Assembly (NCBI GenBank): GCA_001600815.1
Contig: BCKZ01000006.1
Span: 124,001-188,000 of the forward strand
Length of the DNA: 64,000 nt
Reading direction: 5' to 3'
Source of the DNA: Alloascoidea hylecoeti
Lineage: Eukaryota
Both the position numbers and the translations under genes were made by a program. Under the pieces are notes generated by a model, which was not told where the DNA came from, ran no database searches, and saw nothing but the letters and a program-made list of their open reading frames with translations. Shown here one piece after another: positions 1-13,383 of this stretch; within the stretch, counting starts at the first letter, position 1; each line of letters starts with the position of its first letter.

Positions 1-1298
1 TAGGCAGTCATTAATTTGTTGTGAATATCAGGATTAGTGTTTTTATTTCTGTTTTTCCAACCTAATTCATATATTTCTTTACCGTGAAATAAAGCTGCAT
101 GCACTATAGTAGCGGTTATAGAAGCGAACGAAAGACCATACGAAAGTGAAAATGTTGTTGAAAGAAACAATGGTGAATAATTTTTATAACCTTCAAGATC
201 AAACGAAAAATCTTTCGTTAGAATTCGTGAAACATTATAAGTCTTTTGATATCTATCATAAGAACCTGAATCAGAAATTGGTAAATATTCAGAATAAAAT
301 GTTTTAGAATAATGGATAATTGGTGTTATAATCCAAAAGAAGCAAACCATTGATGTAAAAATTGTTGCAATTGTTGAAATAGGTGGAATTAATGGAGATC
401 CAACATATCCTGCAACTTGATTCCAGTCAAAAGTAATTGGTAGAATGCCTAAACCAGTTTGAGCTCCAAAAATTTGATTTATAATTACATTATTTGGTTT
501 AATCCACGTCACAAATGAGAAGTATGATAGAAATTGAGCCATGTAACCTGGTATCCAATACCAAATAAAACTTCCTATACATATATATGTAAAGAATCTT
601 AGCTTCGAAATGTTCCAACCGTTTGCTGGAGTATTTGAATTCATATGAATGTTTGTTAAAAATGTCGTTGAGACTAAATTTGACGGCCAAATCATTTGCC
701 CTGGATAAACTAATACAGATCTTGTTAAACCGGCGTACGAATAGCCAATTAACTGAGTTGAAACACAAGCGACCATTCCAAATCCCCATCCAAAATCTAT
801 ACCATAAAAATTATTCATTGCAATAATGATATCAGTAGCATAAGCAGCACCTCCTCCGAATGAAACATTGGCCATGATTGTGATCAATGTATGTTCCTTA
901 ACATTAAAAGGTCCTGGATTCAATGGAACACCAAATATCATGTAGTTTGGTAATAAATCCCATAATCTTCCAAGTGGCCAAGCTAAAATTGAAGAAACAA
1001 ATGTTGAAATGTTGAAAGCAGGCGAATGAAAGGAAAAAAAAGTATTCAAAGCTGAACCAACTGTACACATAACCATCCCAAGTACCCACATTCTTATTGT
1101 ATTATGAGGTGTGCTTGGATCATCTGTATTTGGTACCGCTGCCCTAACTTCGGGATAAGCTGAATTCTCATTAACACTTACTATTGATTCTGCTTGAAAG
1201 ACACCATACGCATTAGCTACTGAAGTTATTTTTTCCGGATGTTTTATATCTTCCCAAACGGGTTCTAGTTTTAGAGATGGTATAGAATTTTTGTCCAT
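1..1298 (-). CDS. OPT-family oligopeptide transporter (Opt1/Isp4-like), 3' end runs off the window
   Basis: ATG at 1298; open frame to the window edge, read by hand: MDKNSIPSLK...SAYPEVRAAVPNTDDP...NPGPFNVKEHTLITIMANVSFG...STQLIGYSYAGL...IWPSNLV...GLGILPITFDWNQVAGYVGSPL. These are the OPT signature motifs. Absent from the ORF track because no stop falls inside the window. Confidence 0.93.
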   Translation of the reverse strand, partial: MDKNSIPSLKLEPVWEDIKHPEKITSVANAYGVFQAESIVSVNENSAYPEVRAAVPNTDDPSTPHNTIRMWVLGMVMCTVGSALNTFFSFHSPAFNISTFVSSILAWPLGRLWDLLPNYMIFGVPLNPGPFNVKEHTLITIMANVSFGGGAAYATDIIIAMNNFYGIDFGWGFGMVACVSTQLIGYSYAGLTRSVLVYPGQMIWPSNLVSTTFLTNIHMNSNTPANGWNISKLRFFTYICIGSFIWYWIPGYMAQFLSYFSFVTWIKPNNVIINQIFGAQTGLGILPITFDWNQVAGYVGSPLIPPISTIATIFTSMVCFFWIITPIIHYSKTFYSEYLPISDSGSYDRYQKTYNVSRILTKDFSFDLEGYKNYSPLFLSTTFSLSYGLSFASITATIVHAALFHGKEIYELGWKNRNKNTNPDIHNKLMTA

Positions 1299-4200
1299 CC
1301 TAACTATTTATTTATTTGAAAACTAATGCCATATATCAACTGGGGAACTAAATATATATGTATTTTGGTTATAGTTAATAGTTATACTACATCCTTACAA
1401 GCGTATACTGATCTGTGGGCCATGGATTTTTGAAAGATATCATGAAAAACCTTATATAAATACAAATTAAAAGTGAAAGAGCGAGTTTAATTTAAGCTAT
1501 TTATACATGTCATATACCTAGGTAAATAAAGTGCTTAACTTTCATTTTACATACTTTTTATAAGTAAAGTAATATTTTTACAATACTTCTAGATCTATCA
1601 ATGAAAAAGCTTTGCTGTAGATTGACTTGAGAATCAAGTGTTAAAGATATGTATTGCCATACATTGGATATAAATTCAGTTCAAATATAACCGAGTATGG
1701 TGTTAAAATCATGGGGTCTTGTACCTGGATATATGCATACACGACACCGATATTCTTATATCCCTGCATATATTTAAGTTCCTGCAGCAGTTTATTATGT
1801 GAAATTTTAAAATTTATAAGATATTTGCAATAGAATTTAAGTAAAGTAAAGATAACTGCTGTCTAGAGTTAAATTTAAGTATGTACCTGTTGTAACTTGT
1901 AATTGCAATTATGAAGCGTGTATATTGTTATCCGGCTATCGTGATCAATGCCTTCATATATCCTACAGTTAACGTCCCAATATTAATATGAATATTAGCT
2001 ATAGTATTATCTAAGACTTAAAATGTAAATGATGCTAAAAGCCATGGTCTGTTACAAAACATATTTATATAATTAGGTGCAACAAATTCTTTAAAAATGC
2101 TTAACCTATGATATCATTGATTTAGTTGGTCAATATAAGCTAAATACATATATGCATGTTAACGGTATCCATATGGCATAGATAGGCATCTTATTTAACT
2201 TTATCTACCTGTTATTCCAATGGCAAGCTTTTACAATTGGGAATGTTACAATTAGCATATTAATACTAATGTGAAATCCATAGGTCTATATAAGCAGCCC
2301 TATAATTACTAATATTAACTAGTACTACAACTAATATTTATAATAGAAACTTCTAATTAATAGTATAGTTTGTTGAAATCGCAAGACATTTCTTAACATA
2401 TATAAATTATGTATTCACCCAAAGAAAGAGGGGTCGATAACTTTAAGTTAAGTAATAGAACTGTAATGCAAATATGTTCCCTATATATCACTTGTCTTAT
2501 ATGTGCTTGTATATCTAACTTGTTCATTGGATCTAGGATAGTACTGGTATACCCAGAGGCTGTGGGGATACTCAGATTCCAGAGTGGTTATCACAGTTAC
2601 AAAGCTGATGCATGACAGCTACAGAAATCATGGACCATAGTTATAAAAAACTACTGGATATCAGACATCGGTGGTAATGGTCAGCTGCAGGTTGTAAAAA
2701 TCCCGAAACCTAATATTAGTGTGTCTCATACCTTATTTGGAATGAAGTTGCAGTTGAAAATTTGAAATTTTCAAACAAAATTAACGAATTCGAACGTCTC
2801 ATAAAATTTTTTTATCCAAATCATTACTGTTAAAATAGAATAGTTAAATAAACTAATATGAATATATCTATAGGCATATATAACCGGAAAAGTTTTACAA
2901 TATCTCCAGAACATTTAAATTCAGCTACAGATATGGATCTTTTAAATTAAATTTTATTTGCAATATTATAAAAGTTTCAAATACCGGTATAGGATCTCAA
3001 TATACATTTATACCATAATTATAATTAGTATTTAATGTTTATTATGTAATTCTAAACTTAACTTATTACGGTTATGTTTAACATCTATGTTGTTGTGGTT
3101 TGGAGGTAAACGCCAGTAGCCTCAAGGACCTCAATTATGATTTTCAAGATTAGGAAGAAATATAGCTACTTTTCAATAGAAGAACTTGAGTCTGTGTGTC
3201 AAAAGATTTTGTCAAACAAATAATAATTATAACCTCGTGGGTATGAGTCCCACAGTTAGTAGAACGAAAGGGAATATTAGTAATTATGGCTACTTATTGG
3301 GGTAACCTAATTTTCCTTTATTCAGAAGAAAAAAGAAAGAAAATTCAATGTTGAGGTGAAAGTTACATCTGTTCTTTATGGGGTAGTCCATCAAAGTTCT
3401 TTGCCATCTTTCAAGGTGGCATCCAAGAGGTTACGTCAAATGCCCGTAAATTGGAATTACAAACCGGTACCGTACCGCACTCGCCGTGTTGTGTCAAATG
3501 CGGCTACTATATAATTAAGTATAGCATTTCCGCAATATCCCAGAAGCGTAGGGCTGTTTCAAAGGATATTTTGATTTTGACTGCAACTAGCGCGATAGCG
3601 ATAAAGATTAGAGCCACATGCGCACCATAAGGACTGAAGTCAATTTGGAAAAGAGGGGTCTTTAATTGAGAGCTTTCATTTTTGCCGATTCTGGAAGGAT
3701 TTATTGTCAATAAGTAGACAAGGATCACAGAAAAAAATATAATAATCAGGGTTCTTCTAGCTAAACGATAAATAGAATAATACACAAGGGTAATTTACAA
3801 AAGAGGCACTGCTTTTCTCATTTCATTTAAACGTAATTATAAGCTTAGCTTTATTAATTATACCTCTATTATCACAGTTCACAAGAGGTCAATTGGCTTT
3901 TTTTTTTTGGATTCATTGGGCTTCTTAATATGTACCATTCATTAATTGATTATAGTTTTAAGCTTATTGACTTATGCATATGCATGTTAAGATTGTTTTA
4001 ATGAATTCACCGGACCTGTATTGTGCTAATGCCACAATTCAATTGATCTAGTGTTTGATCAGAGACACTCGTTATAGTTATATTACAACTTCCTGTAGCT
4101 ATTACTATGTTGAATGTGCCTTATTTCCGTTTAATTTACAAAATTACTATCAATTAAATAAATTTCAGCAGTAGTTAAATTTACTTATATAATTATAGTA

Positions 4201-5369
4201 TTAGTAGTGACTATTAAATATCTTATATTATACACAAAATGTTACAAAGTATTTATGTGATTGATATAAAGTAAAATTTTATATATATATGATAATCTTA
4301 TACTAGTACTAGTTTTGTGAAGAACGGTGATAGCAGTAGTGATACCGAGTTGCAGTTTATAATTATGGAATAGAGAAAAGAAATCCCACATTGTTGGATA
4401 TCATATGGGACACTTGAGCAGTTCATAAGGAGTCAATTGGCTTTTTGGTGTAACTTCAAGATACGGGCTCTTTAATACACATAGATAATAAAAAATCACT
4501 TCTTATAAATGGTCTGTTAACAAATATGGAAAGACTCCGGTCCATTATAATTAGAAGATCTATAGTAACACATGATTTTTAATGCTCTAATTATTACCTA
4601 CTCCCATCTCAGTGAATCAATTATGGATTCTTCCCGATAAACCGCTCCACAAACAAGCTACGTATACTGAATTGAAACAACAATAATTCAGGCATTTGAG
4701 CATTGGTCCAAAAGGAAGAAACGAGAAAGTGAGCTACAAAATTCATTAATTTAACAAATTTATTTACTGTCTTTTAAAGGTATTCATCTTAGTTGAAACA
4801 CAGAATCTGGTAATATTTATTTTTAGATTTTAGAAGCAGTTAGGGTCGTTCCGCAGAGATGATCTTCTAAATTCGTGGTTTTTACAGACATGCACCATAA
4901 GAAACACAAAAGGTAAAACATTTTTTAAAATTTAACAAAATTATTTATTGTTTATATAAAACTAACACATCTTAGGTGAGGCATAAAGGAATCTGGCTGT
5001 TCTTTTATAAACTTTAGAAGTCTTTGCCCATGGTGTCGTTCAGTAGAATATGTCGTAACGATTGAATCGTCTTCAAATAATTAACCATTTCCACGATTTC
5101 ATCAATGTTAAGAATGATGTGTATAATCTTGGAAAGCCCCCACACAATTGAATTAGCGTTGGAAATGGCACATGTAAGTTCTCCAGTGGATTGAGTGCTT
5201 TGTGTGGCTCTGGCACTCTATAAGGTATATGAAGTGGCACCTACATACAGCAGGGCCAATGCACCAATGAGCAGCCTTTTCAACAGAAATCTGATATTCC
5301 TCCACACAAAATCAACCTACCACCTCATATATTGTTTATCATCCTTTTAAGTGAGCAGTCTGTACTCAA

Positions 5370-6085
5370 TTGATGTATTTTCAAACGGCTCAGCTGTGAA
5401 TTTTTCATCTCTGTACTTCTACAAGACTTCTAGATTGAAAGGACCTGATTTCTTGAATCGAGAAATTACGTTTCTGGAGGTCAATGCCTGGTTTCGATAC
5501 ATGTAATCTAGTCTTAAGATGTCAGCTATTTAGGTATCGAACTTCTGTCAGAGCTACTGCCGATTGTCTGAGTTAAATTTCCTGAAAATTGCCATCACAC
5601 TACTATAGCAAGTCGTGATACTAATTGGGCACCTTAAGCTTCTCGTCCGCAGTTATTATTAACACCGGTACCTTATTCAGTGAACTGTAGATTATATTCA
5701 TTTATGTTCCAGATGTTCTTTTTATTATAGTGATATCTGTTGAATAACTATAGTCACCTCTTTTATGTGCGAAGTAGAGAACCTGAGGCATCCAGTGAGT
5801 TTGCACGTATAATTCAATTCAGGATGTCGATTCTTAAATTTTAGGCATATAACTATCCGTTCCCCATATTATATATCTAGAGCGCAGCTAAACTCTGCCT
5901 CCTCCAGAACAGTCAGCTTTGTTCCAACTGATTGAGCGCTGTGTATGTCTTTGACGCTTAAATACAACTCTATTTATTTGCTTTCTCAGTGTGACGAGTA
6001 ACAATGAGTTAGTACTAGCTTGTAATGACGCTTGTGACGCGTACAACTCTTTTCTCGGGAAACATCCAAGCGTGATATTGACCAT
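5370..6085 (-). mobile_element. Degenerate pogo/Fot1-type (Tc1/mariner superfamily, DDE_1) transposase relic with internal deletion
   Basis: Minus-strand fragments in the expected order with stops and frameshifts: TLRKQIN..KLTVLEEAE (~5900-5990), GNG*LY..FKNRHPEL (~5815-5865), KNIWNINE (~5700), LL**CD/AIFRKF (~5575-5612), NQALTSRNVISRFKKSGPFNLEVL (~5425-5495). Boundaries approximate. Confidence 0.72.
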
Positions 6086-7556
6086 TTCGGATTAAAGTTG
6101 AGTATTTCAAAAATGTTAAATTTTACAGATTGCTGGAAGCAAGCAACTTGCTACTACCATTTCTAAAACAAAAACAAAAAACTAACGACCTTTATGAGCT
6201 CATATTGTTCATTTTTTGAAATGGTCCTACGCCCACTTTAGGAAAAAGGTACCATTTTTACATAGTGTACGTATTTATTATCTATAAATATGTTATTATA
6301 TCTTTGTATAATCTTTGGATTGAAACTTGGAGAATTATCGATCGATATCATCAAAGCTAATTATATTATTTACTATTTCGTTAAATTTTACAAAAACGCA
6401 GGCGTGAAATATAAGAAAAATAAAGCAAGCGCGGCAAAAATAGTCAGCAGTTTTTGTTGACTAGCCGTACGATATAAATTATAATCAGCATGTTCAAGCA
6501 CTGACAATTATATTTGTCACGGGGTTTATAGAAGGTTTGTTTCCTAATTTGATATTAAATAGAAAGATTATGTTTGTGGTTCGTGTCGTGAGGCTGTAGA
6601 TAAGTTGTCAAAAATGGACATATGCATGATTACACGATAAGAAACATTAAATCTAAACCATAACTGTCCCACTGGTTATAAGCTAGTTAATTATTGTATG
6701 CCACTAAAATATAAGGTAAATTTACTATGAGTTTATATGATGTAAGCTTAAGTGTAATTAGCGCTAAATGTCGAGATGAAAATGAGTATCGCTATGTTGT
6801 TCGTCGCCCAGGGGACCCCACGGCAGTTGGTGTCTCAAATACATTTCAAACCCACCGCCGTGATAAACCTGCTTTAATTACAAGTAATTATAATTAAATG
6901 TCAAATTGAAATCTTGATTCTCGATGACGATAATTCCGTAGCTTTCTCCTTATAGCTAGGATCTTAAAAATATTTCGACAAAACTTCTAGTTGTCCTCTA
7001 TGAACTAAAATTAAAACATTCCAAAAATGAAACATTATTAGAAAATTTGTGATCTATACTCACAAGTTACAATTAAGAAAAGATAATACAACGAATGTAA
7101 TTAAATGAGTAAGTAAATACATGCAAAAATATTAAATTTAATTTATACTTATATTTAATAAAATTGTTCATCTGATGAAGCTAGCCATACACAATTTTTT
7201 TTAAAAAACTACTGAAACCAGCTTGCTCTTCAGAGATAACCAAAAAAAAAAACATCTTGATTCTAATATAAAGATAAAAAAAAGTAATAAGCAAAACGAA
7301 ACAAAAAAAAGTAAGTCCAAATAATTATATAAAAATAAAAAAAAACAATTGATGATAACAGTTAATAACAATAAATGTTTAATAAATGATCAAATAAGCA
7401 TGGAACAAATTCGTGTAACTTAGTTATGATAAACCAAAAGAAAAAGAAGATTTAAAACAACAAAGCATTCCAATAGGAAGATATCCAAAAAAATTAAATA
7501 TTATTGGAAGCAATACTGTTTCTTTTTTGTAATTACCTATGGCTAGTTATAGCTGA

Positions 7557-9011
7557 TTAATAATTTTTTCTTTCAAGGACATTAAAATCCGAACTTCCTT
7601 CAGAATCCGAATCCAATTCTGATCCACTTGTTCCAACATTATTTGAGAGATTCAAAGCACTGTTTGTGTGTAAGTAAGGATCCAATACACTAAGTTGTTG
7701 TGGCTTGGCGTAATCTATTTTATTGAATGATTTCATATTATATGAATCGTCATCACTTGTATTACTACTGTCATTTATTATAAATTCGTCATCGTCATCC
7801 TGTATTGAACTTGAAGATAGTTGTGTATTCATATAAATATTGTTTTCAACATCATCTGTCATGACTTGAGTGTATCTAGAATCTTTTGCCGAATCCTGAC
7901 GATCAGTTATATAGCTTAAAGAGTTGAAAAATCTTTCAAATCTCGTTCCACTAAATAATCGCATACCACCAGTTTTATGATTTTCACTCACTATTCCACC
8001 AGCATTATTTTTACTAATGAAAAAGTTTTCCTTTTGTGTTAATCTCGGTAAGAAGATGAAGAATGAAAGTAGTGCATATGTAAGTCCAACAATCAAATCT
8101 ATTCTATAATGATGGCTTAGATACATTGTTGCCCACCATTGCCAATTCACATAAATTCCGCCAAAAATGAGATTCATACGCCAATTATCATATCTTGATA
8201 GATATAAGAAGATCAAGCATACAAAAGCTGAATGTAGACTCGGAATTGCTCCAAATACTATAGGAGATTTATGGAAACCATCAGAGTGAATATGTGTTCC
8301 GAGAGCGATATCAACTCTTGTTAGACCAGCAGCATAACCAGGCATCGTGTAATTACCGGGAAGATCACCATATAACTCGTTATACCAAGGTGGGGCGTTG
8401 GGGAAAATTAGATGTGTAAACACACCCATTAGATTCAGCAAACCCAGAGATAGCCCAAATGTACCACATATTCCTGGAGGGCAAAATAGGTATAAATAAA
8501 TTGCAACAACTATTGGAACTGTAATATGACCTAATACATAGGAGACCCAGGCCATGATATCCAGTGTTTTTATGTAGTTATCTTTAAACATGTGGTCGAA
8601 ATTGAGGTAGAACCAAACACTTGCAAAAGTCAGTTGGATAGCAAAATGACGCACACGACCACCGTCAAGGGATTTGACACTTCGGTGTTGAACTCGATTA
8701 CTTGGCATAGATCCCCTGACTATAAGGGTAATATAATAACCTGCTGCTGTTATCAACATGCTAAAAAAAAAACCAGAAACTCCTTCGAAAACAAGGGATT
8801 CGAGAAATGGAAGCAACGAAACAAAAATATGTGGTCGCCATTCATTCGGAATCAACCCTGCATTCTTGAATATAACAAGCCAAAGAGCTACCAGACTAAA
8901 ATTCTTCAGGAAGTTGAGGGCAAACCCTATGATGCCTCGTCCATTAGTTATTGTAGAATATATTCGGTAAATTACCTTGGCATGTAATTCCAGAACTCTG
9001 ATCTTTGACAT
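7557..9011 (-). CDS. IPT1: Inositolphosphotransferase Ipt1 (AUR1/IPT1 PAP2 family)
   Basis: First ATG at 9011 (the track starts at a GTG). NF..VALWLVIFKNAGLIP..RP N-terminus and NAPPW, GLTRVD..LGTH..SDGFHKSPIVFGAIPSLHSA, WATMYLSHHYRIDL match Ipt1 better than Aur1. Confidence 0.88.
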   Translation of the reverse strand: MSKIRVLELHAKVIYRIYSTITNGRGIIGFALNFLKNFSLVALWLVIFKNAGLIPNEWRPHIFVSLLPFLESLVFEGVSGFFFSMLITAAGYYITLIVRGSMPSNRVQHRSVKSLDGGRVRHFAIQLTFASVWFYLNFDHMFKDNYIKTLDIMAWVSYVLGHITVPIVVAIYLYLFCPPGICGTFGLSLGLLNLMGVFTHLIFPNAPPWYNELYGDLPGNYTMPGYAAGLTRVDIALGTHIHSDGFHKSPIVFGAIPSLHSAFVCLIFLYLSRYDNWRMNLIFGGIYVNWQWWATMYLSHHYRIDLIVGLTYALLSFFIFLPRLTQKENFFISKNNAGGIVSENHKTGGMRLFSGTRFERFFNSLSYITDRQDSAKDSRYTQVMTDDVENNIYMNTQLSSSSIQDDDDEFIINDSSNTSDDDSYNMKSFNKIDYAKPQQLSVLDPYLHTNSALNLSNNVGTSGSELDSDSEGSSDFNVLERKNY

Positions 9012-12000
9012 TGAGAATCGCAAAAAGATGAAGCGCACAAGCTGTGGAAATTAAAGAATAATTGGGGTCGCTTTGAAGACAAAAGTGGCATATATCGACG
9101 CTTCACGAGGATGGTATGAAAGAAATGAAATATATGAAAGGAAGGTGAGAAAAGAGGCGGCTTGGAAAGAGGAGGAAAGCAAGAGGAAATATAAGAAAAG
9201 TTGGAGATTTTTGTTGTCTGGGTGTGCTAAATAATTATAATAAAGGGCGTCCTGCAGGGAGACTAAACAGCTAAAATCTATACCACCGCCAAAACTATAT
9301 TATTTTATCGCTGTTTTTTCTGCCAATATTTATATTATCCTGTATAACAATAATTGATGTATCGTTTGATATTGTTCACATTTTTGATAAATGCTGAGAC
9401 AAAAATTTTAGCGTCTTCAGTTAAAAATTAAAAAATTCACAACCGAGCCAATAAACTTACAAAAAAAGAACTTAAAACTGGAGAACTTAAATGATGTTAT
9501 AATCATTGTATTTGTGACTGGCATCATACTAATAAAACAACAGGTGCTTATACCGATATAGTAATATTAATTAACTACACTATATAAGTGACATATGTCC
9601 GTAATATGATAAATGATGATGGTATCAAGTTTGAATTTTTTATTTAATTAATTACCGGTATATAGGTAATATCAACCAGATAGGTATTATAATCACTTAA
9701 ATTTCTTCGTCAATTAAAAATTTTAATTCAATATCCATAGATATAATATGCCAAGTATGGGGACCGCCGTTGCGAAAAGTCGTGTGTTGAATTTTACATA
9801 TGAAAAAACAACAATTATATATAAAAATGTAGTAAAGAAAAAATAATATTAACATTAATAACATATAACAGCTAAGCTTGTGAATTAAAGTGGAAAGTTG
9901 TATAAGATCTTTATGGCGGAGTTTCCCGCGAGCCGTGTTTTTTAATTGCATTACTAACTCTTATAACTACATAATATTCTTTATTAAAATTATGAAGTTT
10001 TCTAACTCCATGGCCTTTAATATAGTATTGCAATTGAGGCTACAATTCAAACTGTTCTTAACCTTAATTAAAAGTCATCGCAATTAAAGCTTTAAATTTA
10101 CACGTTAAACTATCGACTTTCACCCCAATTGCAAAAGAACATCTTATCATTATCAACAACAGACGAATGATGAAAAAGATTCTAATTGTAAACAATCAAC
10201 TAGATCCTTGAATTCGTCGATTGCTAATGATTATAGGCTAAAATTCACAACACTTGAATCGATTATGCATATCACGTTCATTTTTATGCTTGGCACTATT
10301 TTACCAATTATTGCTTCTTCAAGTCGCACCATTTGTTTTATCCTCATAATGGCTCATAATTAGTGCTTAGGCTGAAACGACATTTGTTAAGATTAAAATT
10401 ATAAGATTAGGGTTTAAAATAAATTCAATCTCCGTTGTCTATAGAGTAGGAGAAAAATCAGGGGAAACACGCCCTTGAACAGCTTAATGGTTAGAATATT
10501 TGCTTTTCTTTAAAAAAAAATTCTATTACTTTTTTAAAGCCCAACTATAAGTGCGCTTCCAGTGGGCGGAATTATTTGGCCTATAGTAAGATTTGATCGC
10601 GTTTATCGGGTATTGAAAACATCTCAACGTGTATTAGATCCTCTTTGGTGTCCCAATTTCAATGGAATTGAGAGCGGGACTGTTAAGTTAAACATTACCT
10701 GTAACATTGGGGGCTTTTATTTGAATGTGGCAACAACGACTGCGTCAAGTCTAGAGTTATAATTATGCTTTTTATCTGGAACCCACCCAAAGAAGTAGTA
10801 AGAGCTCGAGCCCTTCTGCAAAGCATGCATGTGGAACATTTTTGTCACCCGAAAGGGTTCTGGGAATGAGAAGAACCAAAGGGACCGAAATATATGGCCT
10901 AAAGATAGATTGGACTCATTGGGTGATCTCAAGAGGTTCGGATGCTGTTGTATATTCGGATGCTACGCGATCCGGCTACTGTAGATAACGTGAAGGGCGC
11001 TAACACTAAATACCGAACTTAGAATGTCATGTTATATAGACGAATAGAATCTCTAGAATTTGCAGAATATTGTATAATAAATATTTTAAGAATAGAGAAG
11101 ACCTTATAAAATACTAACTAGTAACTATAGTTAGTTTAACTTGGTTATAATACTTCCATTTTTATTTGTAGCGATCAAAGATCCAATGTAAGTACATATG
11201 CATATAAGATCTTATAACCAGATATAGTAGTCATCTGATATGCACAAATAGTGACTCCCAATTAAAGTATTGAAAAAAGATAATATTATGAGTTAAAAAT
11301 TATAAAAATTGCAAGTATTATATATTATACATATACTAGAGAAGTTTAAAAAACTATTATAACCATCAAATTAACACTTTTTTCAATCGTACCATTTTTT
11401 TTTTTTTTTTCGCAGTTAAGCTGATTATTAATCAAATATTAATTGAGTTAAAGTGATTATTAATCATATATTAATGGCTTAGGGTTATACTGTTATACCT
11501 TAACAGATTAATAATATTAATCCAATAGTGTTACATAGTAAAAGTTTGGTATGAGATTGTTCATCAACCAGCCCTGATTAAAAAAATAACTAGAATAAAT
11601 AGGCCGATGAATTGTTCTCAATTGTTTAACATACTAAAGTTGAATGTCAGCTTTACATTAAAATGCATAAAGACAAGAAAACTTGTATGTTTTGAGGAAC
11701 GGTAACAATATTCAGATCATTTATCCGAAAATCTTCAAAAGAAAATGAAAAGAATAGTCAGGAATATGCAAATTTAAGACACAGAAACATAAGAAGGTTA
11801 ACTTTGTGCGTCAATAGTGTTTTGGACATGGTTTTAATGACGATTGAAGGCAGGGATGGCATGCACATGCATTTTTTGCTGGATTCTATACTTTTTTTAT
11901 CATCAGAAATTTCAAGTTTGGAAACTTTTTCAAAGAAGTTGAAAAAAAATAGAACACGAAGATGACCAAATAAAATTCAAAGTGAAAACGAGAAATAACT

Positions 12001-12262
12001 ACAAATCCTTTAAACTTCCTTTTTGAATTTTTTGTGAAGTGAAAAGTCTAGGTTGTTGAATGCAAGTCAAATATATCTGCAGATGAGGACATTATAAAAA
12101 ACGTTAATTGTGATAGCTTTGTGGCAATTCTATAATTATATATATAGGCATTGAAGTCACCGGCCATTTCCCTTTGGATATTCACCTAATTATATACATA
12201 GACATCTAAGAAGTCCTTGGTTTTCGGGATCTTGATTATCCTAACTATAGATCTAATAAATA

Positions 12263-12907
12263 ATGATACCTAAACAAAAAAGAGACAGACTAGGCTTTCA
12301 TCACATGTGGCATTTTATAACATATCCCACAAGAATCCATCAGAAAGAGAGATACAGGGGAGATAACTCAGTTGATGTTCTTCAATTCGATATACATACG
12401 GGTGAAAGGTTAAGTCAACCACAGGCTCCACGATCACATTCACATTCACATTCACATTCACATTCATGCCCACATACACCACGATCGCTATCAATGAGTC
12501 GGCGGAATAGTGGTAACATGCATTTTAATGTTGGGCCAACTGGTGAACAAAGATCAAGTACAAGCTCATCCTCAAGCAGGTTGTTATTTACAAAACTTAA
12601 CAGAAAACCAAGTAAAGGAAAGCCACCCTCCAACAGCCCAAGATACTTAACTAGACATGATGATAGTCTAGGTTTATATTCCAATGAGTTTAGGAATGAC
12701 AAGTTAAGATTAAAGCCCAGACCAATGTCAGATATAACACACTTGAGGACCCCTAATGATCATCAAAGAAGTGACATATCAATGTATACAATTGAGAGTG
12801 CTCTGCCAGGAACCGACGAGGATCTGGACGAATTGCGGTCCATCGCAACGTCTGGGTTTGTCCCCACTAACTACCGCGTTGAATACGATACAAGTATTGC
12901 TTTATAA
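12263..12907 (+). CDS. Hypothetical Ser/His/Arg-rich protein, 214 aa
   Basis: 214-codon ATG ORF in ~30% GC DNA, upstream TATATA, (TCACAT)n coding an HS repeat; no recognised domain. Confidence 0.6.
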   Translation: MIPKQKRDRLGFHHMWHFITYPTRIHQKERYRGDNSVDVLQFDIHTGERLSQPQAPRSHSHSHSHSHSCPHTPRSLSMSRRNSGNMHFNVGPTGEQRSSTSSSSSRLLFTKLNRKPSKGKPPSNSPRYLTRHDDSLGLYSNEFRNDKLRLKPRPMSDITHLRTPNDHQRSDISMYTIESALPGTDEDLDELRSIATSGFVPTNYRVEYDTSIAL

Positions 12908-13078
12908 TGTTATGTAATTAAATTAAAGTATCATATTTTTGTAATTATAGTGCCAAAACTAAACTGTAATTGCTTTATCATTGTGGTAATGAGATCGTAG
13001 GTGTAATTATAATTTAAAAGGTTGTTGCCCACCGCGTCGGTCCTACATGTAAACGATGTAGAAAAAATTGGCGACAAA

Positions 13079-13086
13079 TCCGCGGA
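13079..13086. promoter_or_regulatory. PDRE-like palindrome TCCGCGGA upstream of the PDR transporter
   Basis: Exact Pdr1/Pdr3 response element about 300 bp upstream of the ABC transporter ATG, within a CGG-rich promoter. Confidence 0.5.
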
Positions 13087-13383
13087 AGCCATGGATATTT
13101 GCCACCAAACCCCAGAAATAGCTGTCACCTGCAAAAACCAAAGAACGAGCAATTAAAATCTCACAATTACTGCTTTTCGCGGCCTCGGAAATTAGTAATG
13201 TAACGAAACACAGCGAGATCTCCGTTAGCTCCGTCTTTTTATCGAACCTCGTATTTATGCACATCATTGCAAACTTCAACTAAACTAGTACGGCTGACAA
13301 ATGCCAAAATACTCCACCTTTATAAATAAGAGTAGATTTCTTATCTTCCTCACTAAATTGGGGTTTCAAACAGCAAGGTCAAT

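Noticed and set aside
499..1089. Short ORFs at 499-789, 623-826 and 904-1089, or a frameshifted OPT pseudogene
   Set aside because: Manual translation shows the OPT frame is continuous; these are shadow ORFs.
10468..10510. tRNA-like AGCTTAATGGTTAGA fragment
   Set aside because: No B box or cloverleaf downstream.
11414..11477. Two-copy 32-bp AT-rich tandem repeat
   Set aside because: Real but only two adjacent copies with no spacers; not CRISPR-like and no function evident.
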